Shown here one piece after another: positions 41,915 through 54,683 of a DNA stretch of 64,000 nucleotides (positions are counted from its first letter, which is position 1; the number at the start of each line of letters is the position of its first letter). The notes below the pieces were generated by a model, which did no database searches, was not told where the DNA came from, and saw only the letters and a program-made list of their open reading frames with translations. The translations under genes and the position numbers were made by a program. Source of the DNA: Octopus sinensis (lineage: Eukaryota); the NCBI RefSeq assembly GCF_006345805.1, contig NC_042998.1, positions 29,636,001 to 29,700,000 on the forward strand, written 5' to 3'.

Positions 41915-42903
41915 GTAATCACCGGTTTACGACGAAAGGAAGACCTGTTTGCAAATACTTATAGGTATTTAATTACCTCGAAACTGCAGTCCGTACGTAT
42001 CACTTAGGTTTACGAGAGGGGATGACCTCCCTTTGCAAATATCATAAGGGCACAGATACACGTGCGCACACACACACACATACAAATATAGACGAAGCCG
42101 TAGTCGTGTGGTAAGAAGCATATTTCACAACCACATGGTTCCGGGTTCAGTCCTACTGCGTGACAACTGGGGCAAGCGTTACGGTTAAGATTACGGTTTT
42201 GGGCTAAAGGTAAGGTTTAGGATTAGGGTTAGAGTTAGGCTTAGGGCAAGGATTAGAACGCATGTTAAAGTGTAAATGGCCCGGTAGAGCCATATTTATA
42301 CGTTTATATGTATAGGTGGTGGAGAAGTTGGGTTTATGGTTTTTCAAGGTGAAGTGGGGGTTGGGTGTGTATGGTTGAGTTCTAGAATCTGTTTACATTT
42401 ATGTGCCACTGTGTTTATTATGCATGTATATATATGCATGGCATCTTGGGCAACTGTCTTCTGCTATAGCTCCGGGCCGACCAATGCCTGGTGAGTGGAT
42501 TTGGTAGACGGAAACTGAAAGAAGCCTGTCGTATATATGTATGTGTGTGTTTGTGTGTCTGTGTTTGTCCCCCTAGCATTGCTTGACAACCGATGCTGGT
42601 GTGTTTACGTCCCCGTCACTTAGCGATTCGGCAAAAGAGACCGATGGAATAAGTACTGGGCCTACAAATAATAAGACCTGGGGTCGATTTGCTCGACTAA
42701 AGACGGTGCTCCAGCATGGCTGCAGTCAAATGACTGAAACAGGTAAAAGAGAGAAAAAAAGAGAGAAAGAGATATATATTCATATATATATTTATGTAGA
42801 TGTGTGAATACATATATATGCATGTGTGTGTATATTAATTTAATTTAATTGATTAAGTGTAATTTAATTGTTCCTTTTGAATTGATAAAAGGTGTTTTTT
42901 CAA

Positions 42904-42945
<42 letters not shown>

Positions 42946-43315
42946 TTGTGAAATTTGATTTAGTATTTCTAAATTGAATTTTTCCCTGTAAGTTAGGAAT
43001 AATATTCCCTTAAATAATAATTATATATATATATATATATATATATAGTAAGTAATATTCGTAGCCACTTCAACATGGCTTTTTCGTTCGAACGGACTTT
43101 ACTACGATTTTTTAACCCCAAGAGGACATCTCCTCTACCTGATTAACGATGCATACCAGCATCCGACATAATGTGAGCAGGGGAGCGAACCCCTACCATA
43201 TTCTAGCGACAGGACCAGCATACCAGTCTGATTTCGGGCTACCTTTGCCGCTCTGCAGTACTGGACACCTTGTCCGCTAGAGATGGCGGTGGCTCGCTTC
43301 TGCACGCGATATATA

Positions 43316-43463
43316 TAATTCAAGCGACACACAGTCACTGATTTTGCAACACACAAAAAAGCTAGTTCCAAGCATTTCTTGCTAGTACAACTACTGCGTT
43401 CATGTCTTAGAGTGATTTTGGTACGAACTCTTTTGCAGAATTAGCAACTGTGTGTCGCTTGGA

Positions 43464-43465
<2 letters not shown>
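43316..43465. mobile_element. MITE in (TA)n
   Basis: caagcgacacacagt...tgcaa / ttgc...actgtgtgtcgcttg inverted ends with TA flanks. Confidence 0.6.
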
Positions 43466-43501
<36 letters not shown>

Positions 43502-43675
43502 GCCGCACAGAGAGAATAAAATTTAAAGTTATACAAAAACTTCCACGTAAACACGAGGTTTCTACCGTTAAAAACAAGGAGTTACAACATCTTTACTTGT
43601 GTGATCTTTTGCTAACCTGGTAACTATTTATCTATTTTTTCCGCGTTAATTGTTAACAAGGCAAAACTACACTCA

Positions 43676-43759
<84 letters not shown>

Positions 43760-44452
43760 TGCGCGCAGAATCGAGCTACTGGCACCTCTAGCGGTCGAGG
43801 TGTCCAGTACTGAAGTGAGGCATTCCGCCGAGGTCGACTTTGCCTTTCGTCCTTTCGGGGTCGATAAATTAAGTACCAGTTACACACTGGGATCGATATA
43901 ATCGACTTATTCCGCCTGTCTGTCCTTGTTTGCCCCCTCTATGTTTAGCCCCTTGTGGGTAATAAAGAATAAAATTACCAACATCAACAGTAGTGTTCTC
44001 TTTCTTTTCAAAAAGTAACTTATTTAGAATAATAAAATACAAATTGTGCATGAACAAGCGTTGCTGCTTTTAAATATCAGGTGTACGTTCAAATGTGTTC
44101 AAGTGTTTTATGTTTTCTCGTTTTAACTATAGTAAATGGACTCATATTTTGCTATCAGTTGTTTCAGATAACAATAGTGATATCTAATCAGTACTAGTTT
44201 TCTTGTTATCTCTTCCCACATTCAGCAGCTAACCTCCACCGCCTCACACAGAAAATTAAGTACAAACTTAGCTGTTGATAATATTCCAATGAGACTTAAC
44301 AGATATGCCAATTCGTGTGCAAACATGACTGAATAATATATAACTGCGTTTCTCTTTTTAAAAGTACAGAGGCGTTTGTTAGAAACGACGGTCGCATTTT
44401 CCTACGTCACGTTTTTGCCTTTTTCTTTTTACTAATTTTGTTGTACTTTTAA

Positions 44453-44845
44453 TCTCTCTATATATAAAGCTAAAGTTGTCTGTATATGGCAGGTTTGGTA
44501 GCCTTCAACTAACACTATCTCCTCCAAGACCCTGCGGCGCAAGTTGACCAAAATTGAGAGTATGATAGAAGAAGGCTTGCTCCTCCTTCTGTAGAAGAAA
44601 AACTTCAAATCGGACCATGTTAACACCAAAAATTACTTACATAAAAAAGGTGCTTTTTTTCTAAGAAAATCCCTATTTATTTACAATTTTTTTACTGCCG
44701 TGTCGTCAGTTTTCGGTGTATTTCAACCAGAAAAATGTTCACTTAAAGAGAAAAACAGGCTACATAAGGCAAAATTTTTACTTTTCAAAAATTCCAATGC
44801 TAAAGGGTCGAAACAAACCGGAGCAACGCCGGGCGATACTGCTAG
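44453..44845 (+). mobile_element. Non-autonomous Helitron
   Basis: A|TCTCTCTATATATAAAG...ccggagcaacgccggg...CTAG|T. Confidence 0.82.
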
Positions 44846-46115
44846 TCATTTGATAAATGTTGACGCTGTCTTCAGCTACAGCGAACAAAAGTTTCAATTC
44901 TCGTGTACGACAAGAATATTAATGCTGCGCAGATGTTTCTTTCCTTTTTATTTCAACAATTATTGATACAGAATAGTGATAATGCATATGTTTACAACAG
45001 ATAATGCAAATGTTGAAGCGACTAAGCTGACGCGAATCATATTTCAATCTGGATAAGACGTCATTTAAATTATTAATGCGGATTTTGCCCCTCAAGCAAT
45101 GTGTGCTCGGAATTGTTTTACAGGAAACGTGCCACTTTAGCTAAATACTTTGCGATATACTTTTGCTTCAGGATTGAGTGTGTCGATATAAGTCGACTTC
45201 GCGACCTCATTGCACTGAGTTCGATCCAAACACACGGAACCTATATATTCACCGTGTGAGTGAATTTCAAAAGATAATAGATGACGGTGGTTATCAAGTA
45301 TAGTCGACCAACTGACCCTCGGGTAACTTTAGCACAGATTACTCAACGTGAAGCATTCGGAGAAATTTAACTTCATACCAACTGAAAAGGCCCTAAAAAG
45401 GCCCAACTTAAAAGGCCTTGAAAAAGCCCAACTGAAAATGTCATGGACGCAGGTCCTTTTTGGCTGATTATTTTTTCTTTTTTTTTCTTCTACTTGTTTC
45501 AGTCCTTTTGACTGTGGCCATACTGGAGTTCCACGTTATAGTCGAAGAAATTGACTCCTGAACTTATTCTTTGTAAGCGTGGTACTTACTCTATCGCTCT
45601 CTTTTGCCGAACCGCTAAGTTACGGGGGCGTAAGCACACCAACATCGATTGTCAAGCGATGGTAGGGGGAGAAACATACAAAGACACATCACACACATTA
45701 TATATATATATATATATATGACGGGCTCCGCTAAGTTTCCGTCTACCAAATCCACTCACAAGCCCGAGGCTATAGCAGAAGACACTGGCGCAAGGTGTCA
45801 CCTAGTGGAACTGAACACGGAACCATGGGGTTGGGAAGTAAGTTTCTTACCACCCACCCACGCATGCGCCTATGCCAGTAAATAAATTCTACCATCACAA
45901 GCAATTACACTTTCATTAAGACAACTAATGTCATTAGATTTTGACTCTACCTTGCAAATTCCTGGCGTTTCCCCCTTCAAAAGCTGAATTACTCTTCCAG
46001 AAGATGTCATTACGGGATCATATATGATAATAGAAAAAAACTTTCATAGAATATTGTTGTTTTTGCTGCATTTTAGCGAAATGTCATCCGCCATCAGGAA
46101 CGCATTTATTAAATA

Positions 46116-46662
46116 CTAGCAGCATAGCCCGGCTTTGCCCGGGTATGTAAGAGCCCCTAGTAGGCAACGACTAATCCCAATCTAGTCCTTTCCCTCTAGG
46201 GAACGAAGGCGCATGTGTAGGTTGCAATGTCTTCTCTTCACTCGAATACTTCTGTGTATACGAATGTTCCTAGCGATTTCCCCTAAATGGCATGATTTTA
46301 TCGATTTTTTCTGATGGTAAGGTATTACATGGAAAACTAACGTCAGAATTAAGTTTCTTAGGGTAACATTAAGCTTCACCATGAGTTTGGTGAAAATCGA
46401 TTGCAAGTTGCGAAAACTACAACAGAAAATGTGTTGCATATAAAAAGCTTAGATTCTCGACCCCATGTCGAATTTATCGAGTTTTTTCAGAACTGGGGGA
46501 ACTTTTCAAAATTATCTCTGCGTTAGTTTTGAATTATGACATTGGGCTATGTGTGTGTCAAGTTTCATCAGAATCGGTAGAAAGCCGTGGTCAGGGTGAG
46601 GGTACAACCTGACAGACACACAGACACACAGACAGACAAACTGCCGTTTATATATAGAGAGA
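46116..46662 (-). mobile_element. Non-autonomous Helitron, third family
   Basis: Minus strand A|TCTCTCTATATATAAA...cccgggcaaagccggg hairpin...CTAG|T. Confidence 0.75.
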
Positions 46663-47052
46663 TATTTTCGATGTAATTATAACGTCTCTTTATTTTAAGT
46701 ACAATGTATGTAGAACTAAATTGTCCAATTCTTTCCGTTTATAAAGAGAATAAAATGGGATATGATGGATATTTGGGTAATATTTTCGTACTAAATATGT
46801 AAATACGCTTAACAAATATCGAATGATAGAGTGGATGGGATATATAATTTCCTACACTATAGGAATACGGTATCCCAATAACTGAAACAGTTAATGGAAT
46901 GCATAAACGCACAGACACACGCACACACTCACATGCAAATATAAGTATGCATATATATGTGTGTGTGTGTTTATGTATGTATATGTATATGTGTAAATAC
47001 ACACGCACACACACACGCGCGCACACACACACAACACACACACACCACACAC

Positions 47053-47094
<42 letters not shown>

Positions 47095-47138
47095 ATATAT
47101 ATATATATAGTCCATCTGTTACACACGAATACGGAAAG

Positions 47139-47183
47139 TGTTGCCGAAGAGGTCACAGATGTGTGACGAAAGATTTCCGGACA
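47139..47183 (+). ncRNA. Hammerhead-like motif (U4C)
   Basis: tgttg-CCGAAGA-G-gtcaca gatg tgtgac-GAAA-GATT-TC-cggaca. It follows a (TA)n tract. Confidence 0.45.
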
Positions 47184-47298
47184 AGGGACATGAGTTACAA
47201 TAAGAAGTTTAATAAACAAGTGAAGAACGTGTGTTTATTTTACCCAGTCAAAAAAAAAATGACTACTCCGAAATACACACACATACACATACATACAC

Positions 47299-47366
<68 letters not shown>

Positions 47367-48389
47367 GTATGTATGTAGGTTGGTAGGTAGGTATATGGAT
47401 AGGTAGGTAGGTAGATAGATAGGTAGGTTGATGGATAGATAGGTAGGTAGATGGATAGGTAGGTAGGTAGATAGATAGGTAGGTAGATGTATAGATAGGT
47501 AGGTAGATGGATAGATAGATAGATTGATAGTAGATAAATATTTAGATATATAGATAGTTAGATACATACATACAATATATACATACACGCACACATGCAC
47601 GCGCACATACACATATAAATATTGCAACAGTTAGCTACAACACGAAGGAAAACGGTATGATCCATGCGAGGTATATAATTACCAAAACTGACTCGAAGTG
47701 AGATAATTCGAGAACTGAGTGGAGTGAACAATGTAATCGCAGAATGCCGAAAGCAGAAGTCGTGCTAGGCTAGAGGCATCGCACATGCCTAGTAATATCC
47801 AAGAAATCGGAAAAGGCCACTTGAAAGGCTTCCACGGCGATTTACTTCAGTGATTTGAGCCAGATGGAAAAAGAATGGCTTAACAGACAATTGGAAGAGC
47901 ATGGTGATCAGCGATGTATAACAGCATCTAATTGTCAAGTCAATGTTGTGATACTGTGATTTATGTGTGTGTGTGTATGTGTGTCTCTGTGTGTGTATGT
48001 ATGTATGATAGTACGTCTGTGTGTGTCTGCGAGTGTATTGCATATGTGTCTGTGTGTGTATGTACGTATGTGTGTGTCTGTGTGTGTCTATGTATGTGGT
48101 TGTGTGTCAGTGTGTATTATGTATGTGTATGCACGTATGTATTATGTATGTGTATGCACGTATGTATGTGTGTGTATGTATCTGTGTGTTTCTGTGTGTA
48201 TGTATGTGTGTGTGTGTCTGGATGTATATGTGTGTGTAATTTTTTCTGGGAAATATATAAGTAGAGATAAGTAGAAATATATAAGTAGAGATAAGCTATA
48301 AATGAACGGTCCCTCCTTTTTACACACATTCACACACACAAACACACGCAAACACACACAAACACACACACACACACACACATACACAC

Positions 48390-48433
<44 letters not shown>

Positions 48434-48464
48434 ATACATACATGCGCACACTTAAACAGAGACG

Positions 48465-48990
48465 GACAGCTTAATCAAAGAATTGCCTTCTGCTCGCCAT
48501 TGAAAAGTAGACTTGCTTCCGAAGCTTTTCTGCGTCCACTCATTTACAAGCGATGAAAAGTGGGTTTTTCTGTAACAATTTCCAACGAAAACAACAATGG
48601 CTGACACTCACTGGAAAAAAGGTATATTCGTCCCCAAACACCACTCGAAAGCGTTATGCTCTTTGTTTGTTAAGATATGAAGAGTCTCGCGTATCATGTA
48701 GAGTTGAACCAGCACAACACAATCAATACAGAGAAGTGGTCATCAAATGGAATTATAGCAAAAATAATTGCAGGAAAAGCGACCATCATTGGTAGATCTT
48801 AGACAGATGCTGCTTTCACAAGATCGCGCAAGACTACATACTGCACAAGTCAAGTTATAGTATTAAATTGGGAAGGTTTCTAACATTTTTCCTTACTCTC
48901 CAGGCCTTGCTGTATCTTACTAGTAACTTTTCTTCAGATCATTGCAATATTTTGTAGAGAGGAAATGGTGTACTTATTCCATTATGAAGG
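48465..48990 (+). mobile_element. Mariner transposase remnant
   Basis: TSDEKWV, decayed LL.QDRARLH, FPYSPGLA and FRSLQ motifs, with frameshifts. A possible N-terminal part lies at about 47650-47930. Confidence 0.7.
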
Positions 48991-49166
48991 ATTACTATGT
49001 TTCATTCGTTCGAACATTAAATGATTTAATATCTCTGTTTGTTTGTCCGTCAATCTATTTTTCTATTTCTGTCTGTATGTTTGTATGTATGTATGTATGT
49101 ATGTATGTATGCATGTATGTATGTATGCATGTATGTATTATGTGTGTATGTATGCCTGAATGTATG

Positions 49167-49257
<91 letters not shown>

Positions 49258-49332
49258 ATATATCTCCATCTCTCTGTATATCTATCTACTTGTCTGTCTA
49301 TTATCTGTATCTATCTATCTATCTATCTATCT

Positions 49333-49387
<55 letters not shown>

Positions 49388-49388
49388 G

Positions 49389-49459
<71 letters not shown>

Positions 49460-49475
49460 GTCTATCTCTTTCTCT

Positions 49476-49544
<69 letters not shown>

Positions 49545-49807
49545 TACATATATGTGTGCCAAAAAATCATTATATCATTATTAATAAATTCCAGAGTAAC
49601 AAAATAAAAAGACTATATATTATTCATATAACAATACAGTGTACATTTCAACAGATAAGAGATAGCCATAACAGGTCATCCGACCCGCTAGAAGGGTCAG
49701 ATGTCCTGTTATGGCCATCTCTTATGTGTTTAAAAGTACACTGTATTTTTACATATATGTGTGTATATATACATACATATATGTGTATACACACACACAC
49801 ACATATA

Positions 49808-50160
49808 TATAGAAGCTGCCTAATACAGCTCTTGCAACATTACGACTGCGTGTTAAAACAGCTGCTAAATGACTCAAGTGTGAATGTGTTATATCTCGAC
49901 TTTGATAAAGTCGACCATGGTATGATATTTCACAATATATACGTAATCTCGGCACAGTGGGGAAACTTGGAGAGTGACTGCACGACTTTCTAAAAGAAAG
50001 GCGTCGAGCAGTGATGGCCAATGGAGCCACCTCAAAAGAAACGCAAATAGCAAGTGGTGTTCAACAAGGCACTGTGTTAGGGCCACTGCTATTCATAGTC
50101 GCCCTCTCAGACATGTCCTCAGCTACTCAGATAGCCACCTTTGCTAGCTATGCAGATGAC
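49808..50160 (+). mobile_element. CR1-group LINE RT fragment
   Basis: RSCLIQLLQHYD...YLDFDKVDH; SGVQQGTVLGPLLF...SYADD. Confidence 0.85.
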
Positions 50161-50430
50161 TGTTTTCTATCCAGGGTTTATATGCCCCATTATTACACTA
50201 TTTTCTTCAGTCGTTGCGCAGTGATCGCTTATAAAATACTAGTGTTATTATTTGCAAATACTGAAACTAGTACTAAAATGTAATTCATAATAAAATTATT
50301 TTAGCATTTTCTACCTTGTCTTATTTTCCTTATATATATATATATATAAGTCGCCATGATAGATCGGTAGCCACTACACACATTTTTTTGTCTCTCCTTG
50401 TTTCTGTCTTTGTCTTTTTTTCTGCGTCCC

Positions 50431-50464
50431 TCTCTGTAGAAGAGCGTAGGCTCGAAATGTCAGA
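50431..50464 (+). ncRNA. Minimal hammerhead-like motif (CUGUnGA family)
   Basis: tct-CTGTAGA-A-gagc gtag gctc-GAAA-TG-TC-aga, inside a TA-flanked ~200-bp repeat (50348-50553). Confidence 0.5.
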
Positions 50465-50550
50465 CTTTTTCTATTCCTGAGTGTTATACTAATACATCTG
50501 TTTGTTTTATACACCACCTGTCTTCGTCTTTTGTTTTTTTCGTGAACTTT

Positions 50551-50601
<51 letters not shown>

Positions 50602-51149
50602 GTCATTCCATAAGTTCTGTTCGATTTTACCTTTTTCAAAATTGAATGAAATTTAATAGTATTTCAGAATGTCTAATGAAATTAAAGATTATTTTTATGC
50701 ATTTGTATACATGTAAAATTCATTTTATACAATTCTAATCCCGAAACGCGTTCATGATTAACTAAGGCTGGTTAGTTTCGTTAGGTTTTTTCTTCTTTTT
50801 GCCTCTGTGAGTTACGAGTATTACTATCTGTGGAGGTATATTGTAGTAGAAGAATTAGTAGTTTTGACTGCTATTTCTAAATTTCGGTATGTGGTGAAGC
50901 AACTTTTGCTGACCTCTTAATTACGTATATGTATATGTATATATATATATGTATTAATGTTTGTTTTTATGTTATATTGATCACATATTTGAATTAATCT
51001 GAATGGATACTCTATACATTTATATATGATAAATTTATTATTCTGTAACGAGCATAGCATTGGCAGTGACTCCGAAGTTTCGGCCAGCTAAAATATCATC
51101 GAACAATCTGATGATGGCTTAGCTAGTCGAAACTTTGACGTCACTATAA

Positions 51150-51210
<61 letters not shown>

Positions 51211-51758
51211 TACTAGTTAAAGAATAAGTACATATGTATAAGCGTGATTGTGTAGACACAGGCGTGGTTCTGCAGGCACGGATTTGGGTATGTGGTAAGA
51301 AGCTTGCGTCGCGACCACATGATTCCATGCTCAATCCCACTGCGTGGTACCTTACACTAGTGTCTCCTACTATAACTCCAATAAAAGAAATACATAAATA
51401 TATATATATGTCTGTGTGTGTGTGTGTTTATATACATATGAAAGTTTCTATCGAAGATGCGTATCGCCTTCACCTTCGAAACGCAGAGTAGATGAAACCA
51501 TGGCTACTGAAGAAGGGGAATTTTCCTTGTGTTATTTGTCCTGTACTCTATTTTTTCGTTATTTAAGAAAAACGTCCAGTTCCTTGGTTTTGTGTTTATG
51601 TTTTCGTTTCTCATTGTGTTCGACGTTTTTTTTTTTGGTGTCCTGTACTCATATATGCGTGTATATATACATGTAGAGGTAGGTACGTACATATATGTAT
51701 GTATATATGCATATGTTTTATTTACTAATTTATCATACTTAGATACATATATTCCAAC

Positions 51759-51858
51759 ATAGCTCCACCTGCGCCTGCATAGCCCCGCCTGCGACTGCAT
51801 CGCTCCGCCTGCGCCTATATAGCCCCGCCTGCTCCTGCATAGCCTCGCCTACTGTGTA
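51759..51858. repeat. 20-bp minisatellite, 5 units
   Basis: Unit atagccccgcctgcgcctgc. Confidence 0.85.
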
Positions 51859-52639
51859 CGGGCAGTTTTGGCTATGCATGCGCTGGTGTAGCTGTCTGAT
51901 GAAATATATATATATATACTTATGTAACGCGCGCGCGCAGACACACACACACACAAATATATCTGTATGTTTAAGAAACAGTTCTTTTGTTACAAAGTTT
52001 CTTTAAAAAGCTCTCTGTATGTTCTTTTTATTCTTTTTTTATTCTCTTTACTTGTTTCAGTCATTTGACAGTGGTCATGCTGGAACACCGGCTTTAGTCG
52101 AGCAAGTCGACCCCAGGGCTTATTCTTTGTATGCCTAGTACTTGTTCTGTTGGTTTATTTGCCGAACCACTAGGTTACAGGGGACGTAAACAAACCAGCA
52201 TCAGTTGTCAAGCGATGTTGGGGGGACAAACACAGACACAGAAACATATACACACACGCATTTATGTCTACCTAATCCACTCACAGGGCTTTGGTCGGCC
52301 CGAGGCTATAGCAGAAGACACTTGCCCAAGGTGCCACGCAGTGGGACTGAACCCAGAACCATGTGGTTCGTAAGCAAGCTACTTACCACACAGCCACCCC
52401 TACGCCTATGTGTTCTAGTTTTAAATATATAATCAAGATGTGTTATATTTTCTTATGCGTTCCAGAATAAATTGATAACATGCCAGGGTACAGACGTCGA
52501 TCCCGTTGGTAGAAATGCACAACAGGATATTCTAAGAGAGAAGAACGGTATCCACGAATGTGTAAAAAACATTTATTAAAAATTAACTGGCATTTTTGAT
52601 AATATACACTGATTCAGTTCCTAAAGAATTACAAACAAT

Positions 52640-53195
52640 GGATCTTTTCCTTTTGAACGGCAGTTTTCAACACAACTTTTAGTTAACTAAACGCTAACCC
52701 TAAAACAGATTGAAATGCAATTGATCAATACTAGGGTTATAATTATAGGTGACAATTTCATACGACACCGCTACGGAAAATGGGATTTTTTCTAGCGGTG
52801 TCAAATGAAAATGTCACCCATAATTATAACCCTAGTATTGATCTATTGCATTTCAATCTGTTTTAGGGTTAGGGGTGGGTTAGGGTTAGGGTTAGGAGTG
52901 GGGGAAGGGTATCTTTTTTTCTTCGCAAATGTAAATAAACCTAATCTGTTTCTTAAACGAGGGACATATTCATACAACACGGAATGTTTTCACCCCAAAT
53001 GGACTCCAGCGATTGGTTAAAATTGCCGAAATTCTCGATATTAAAGTGGAAATATCTTACAAACTATAGAATTTTCTCAATAAAGCCAAGAAAAAAATGA
53101 TGTTTTATAAACACATTCTACCAGTATACGAAGTTTAAAAGTGTTTAGTTAACTAGAAATTGTATTGAAAACTGCCGTTCAAAAGGAAAAGATCC
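52640..53195. mobile_element. Non-autonomous TIR transposon (Merlin-like) with an internal palindrome and TTAGGG repeats
   Basis: ~50-bp TIRs GGATCTTTTCCTTTTGAACGGCAG, with a putative 8-bp TSD caaacaat/cgaacaat. A partial related copy lies at about 58600-58868. Confidence 0.7.
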
Positions 53196-53746
53196 CGAAC
53201 AATATTAATAATATAAGCCAATTCTAAAACGGGAAGAAAAGTATTTGTTACCGGGAAATGACTTCCTTCACATCTCACGCTATATTGTGAACCCTGATCA
53301 AATTACATTCGTTATTCTAATGGAGGGAAATTCAAATTCAGTCTGTAATTGCTAGAACTATCAAAGTAGTCTGTCGAAATATAAAGAAGTAGGGGGAAAT
53401 GCTAGCTAAATTCTATCAGTCGTTTGACGGTCAGTGTCCATAAAGGTTGGAGGGTCATTCGGTAACTTGACTGTTTCGATCAAGATGCAAGGAACACTTT
53501 ACTCTTTTACTCTTATACTTGTTTCAGTCATTTGACTGCGGCCATGCTGGAGCACCGCCTTTAGTCAAGCAAATCGACCCCAGGACGTATTCTTTGTAAG
53601 GTTAGTACTTATTCTATCGGCTCTTTTGCCGAACCGCTAAGTTACGGGGAAGTAAACACACCAGCATCGGTGGTCAAGCGATGTTGGGGGGGACAAACAC
53701 AGACACACAAAAACACACAGAAACACACAGATACATATACATACAA

Positions 53747-53847
<101 letters not shown>

Positions 53848-54500
53848 GAATGGGTTTCTTTTAGTTTCCGTCTACCAAATCCACTCACAAGGCTTTGGTC
53901 GGCCCGAGGCTATAGTAGAAGACACTTGCCCAAGGAGCCACTCAGCAGGACGGAACCCGAAACCACGTGGTTGGGAAGCAAGCTACTTACCACAAAGCCA
54001 CTCCTGTGTCTTCTGAAAATACTATGAAAAGCTTGTCGAAAAGTAAAACTTTTTAATACAAAATTCGCAGAGACATACGCATGCCCAAACACATACGTAC
54101 GTGCGCGCACACAAACACGCACAGAAACACACACACACACGCAGAAACATACCGTCATACACGGATATAATGTATGAAAAAATATGGTACCTTGTCGATT
54201 TCGACGATGGGGGCTTCCCAGTTAATCCAGTCAACAGAACAGCCTGCTTGGGATATAACGGGCAAGCGGCTGAGCAGTCCACAAGCACAAGTACACCTAA
54301 CGTAGTTCTCATAGTTATCCAGCGTGACCTAGAATGTGACAAGGCTGACACTTTGAAATACAGGTACAACTTATTTTTGCCAGGTGAGGAGACTGAGGCA
54401 ACGTGAAATGAATTGTCTTTCACAAGAACATAACTCACTGCGAGAAATCTGTGTGTGTGTGTGTGTGCGTACGTGTGTGCGTGCGTGCGTGCGTGCGTGC

Positions 54501-54553
<53 letters not shown>

Positions 54554-54645
54554 TTGATCAAATTTACAGAAAAAATAAAAGACGAAGACAGGGAAGGAAA
54601 AACGAGCAGGTGTATTAGTTTTACACTGGAGGGAAAATGGAAAAG

Positions 54646-54683
54646 TCTTTGCCGTTTCGAACCTACTCTCTTCGACAGAAAGA
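54646..54683 (-). ncRNA. Degenerate hammerhead-like motif (CUGUnGA family, cleavage triplet mutated)
   Basis: Minus strand reads tcttt-CTGTCGA-A-gaga gtag gttc-GAAA-CG-GC-aaaga. Confidence 0.4.

Noticed and set aside
42180-42260. Telomeric array
   Set aside because: Short degenerate TTAGGG-like tract, internal and probably repeat-borne.
43250-43818. Inverted ~60-bp pair with a CTCF-like CCGCTAGAG motif
   Set aside because: The motif match is partial and the pair looks like repeat termini, so a regulatory call is unsupported.
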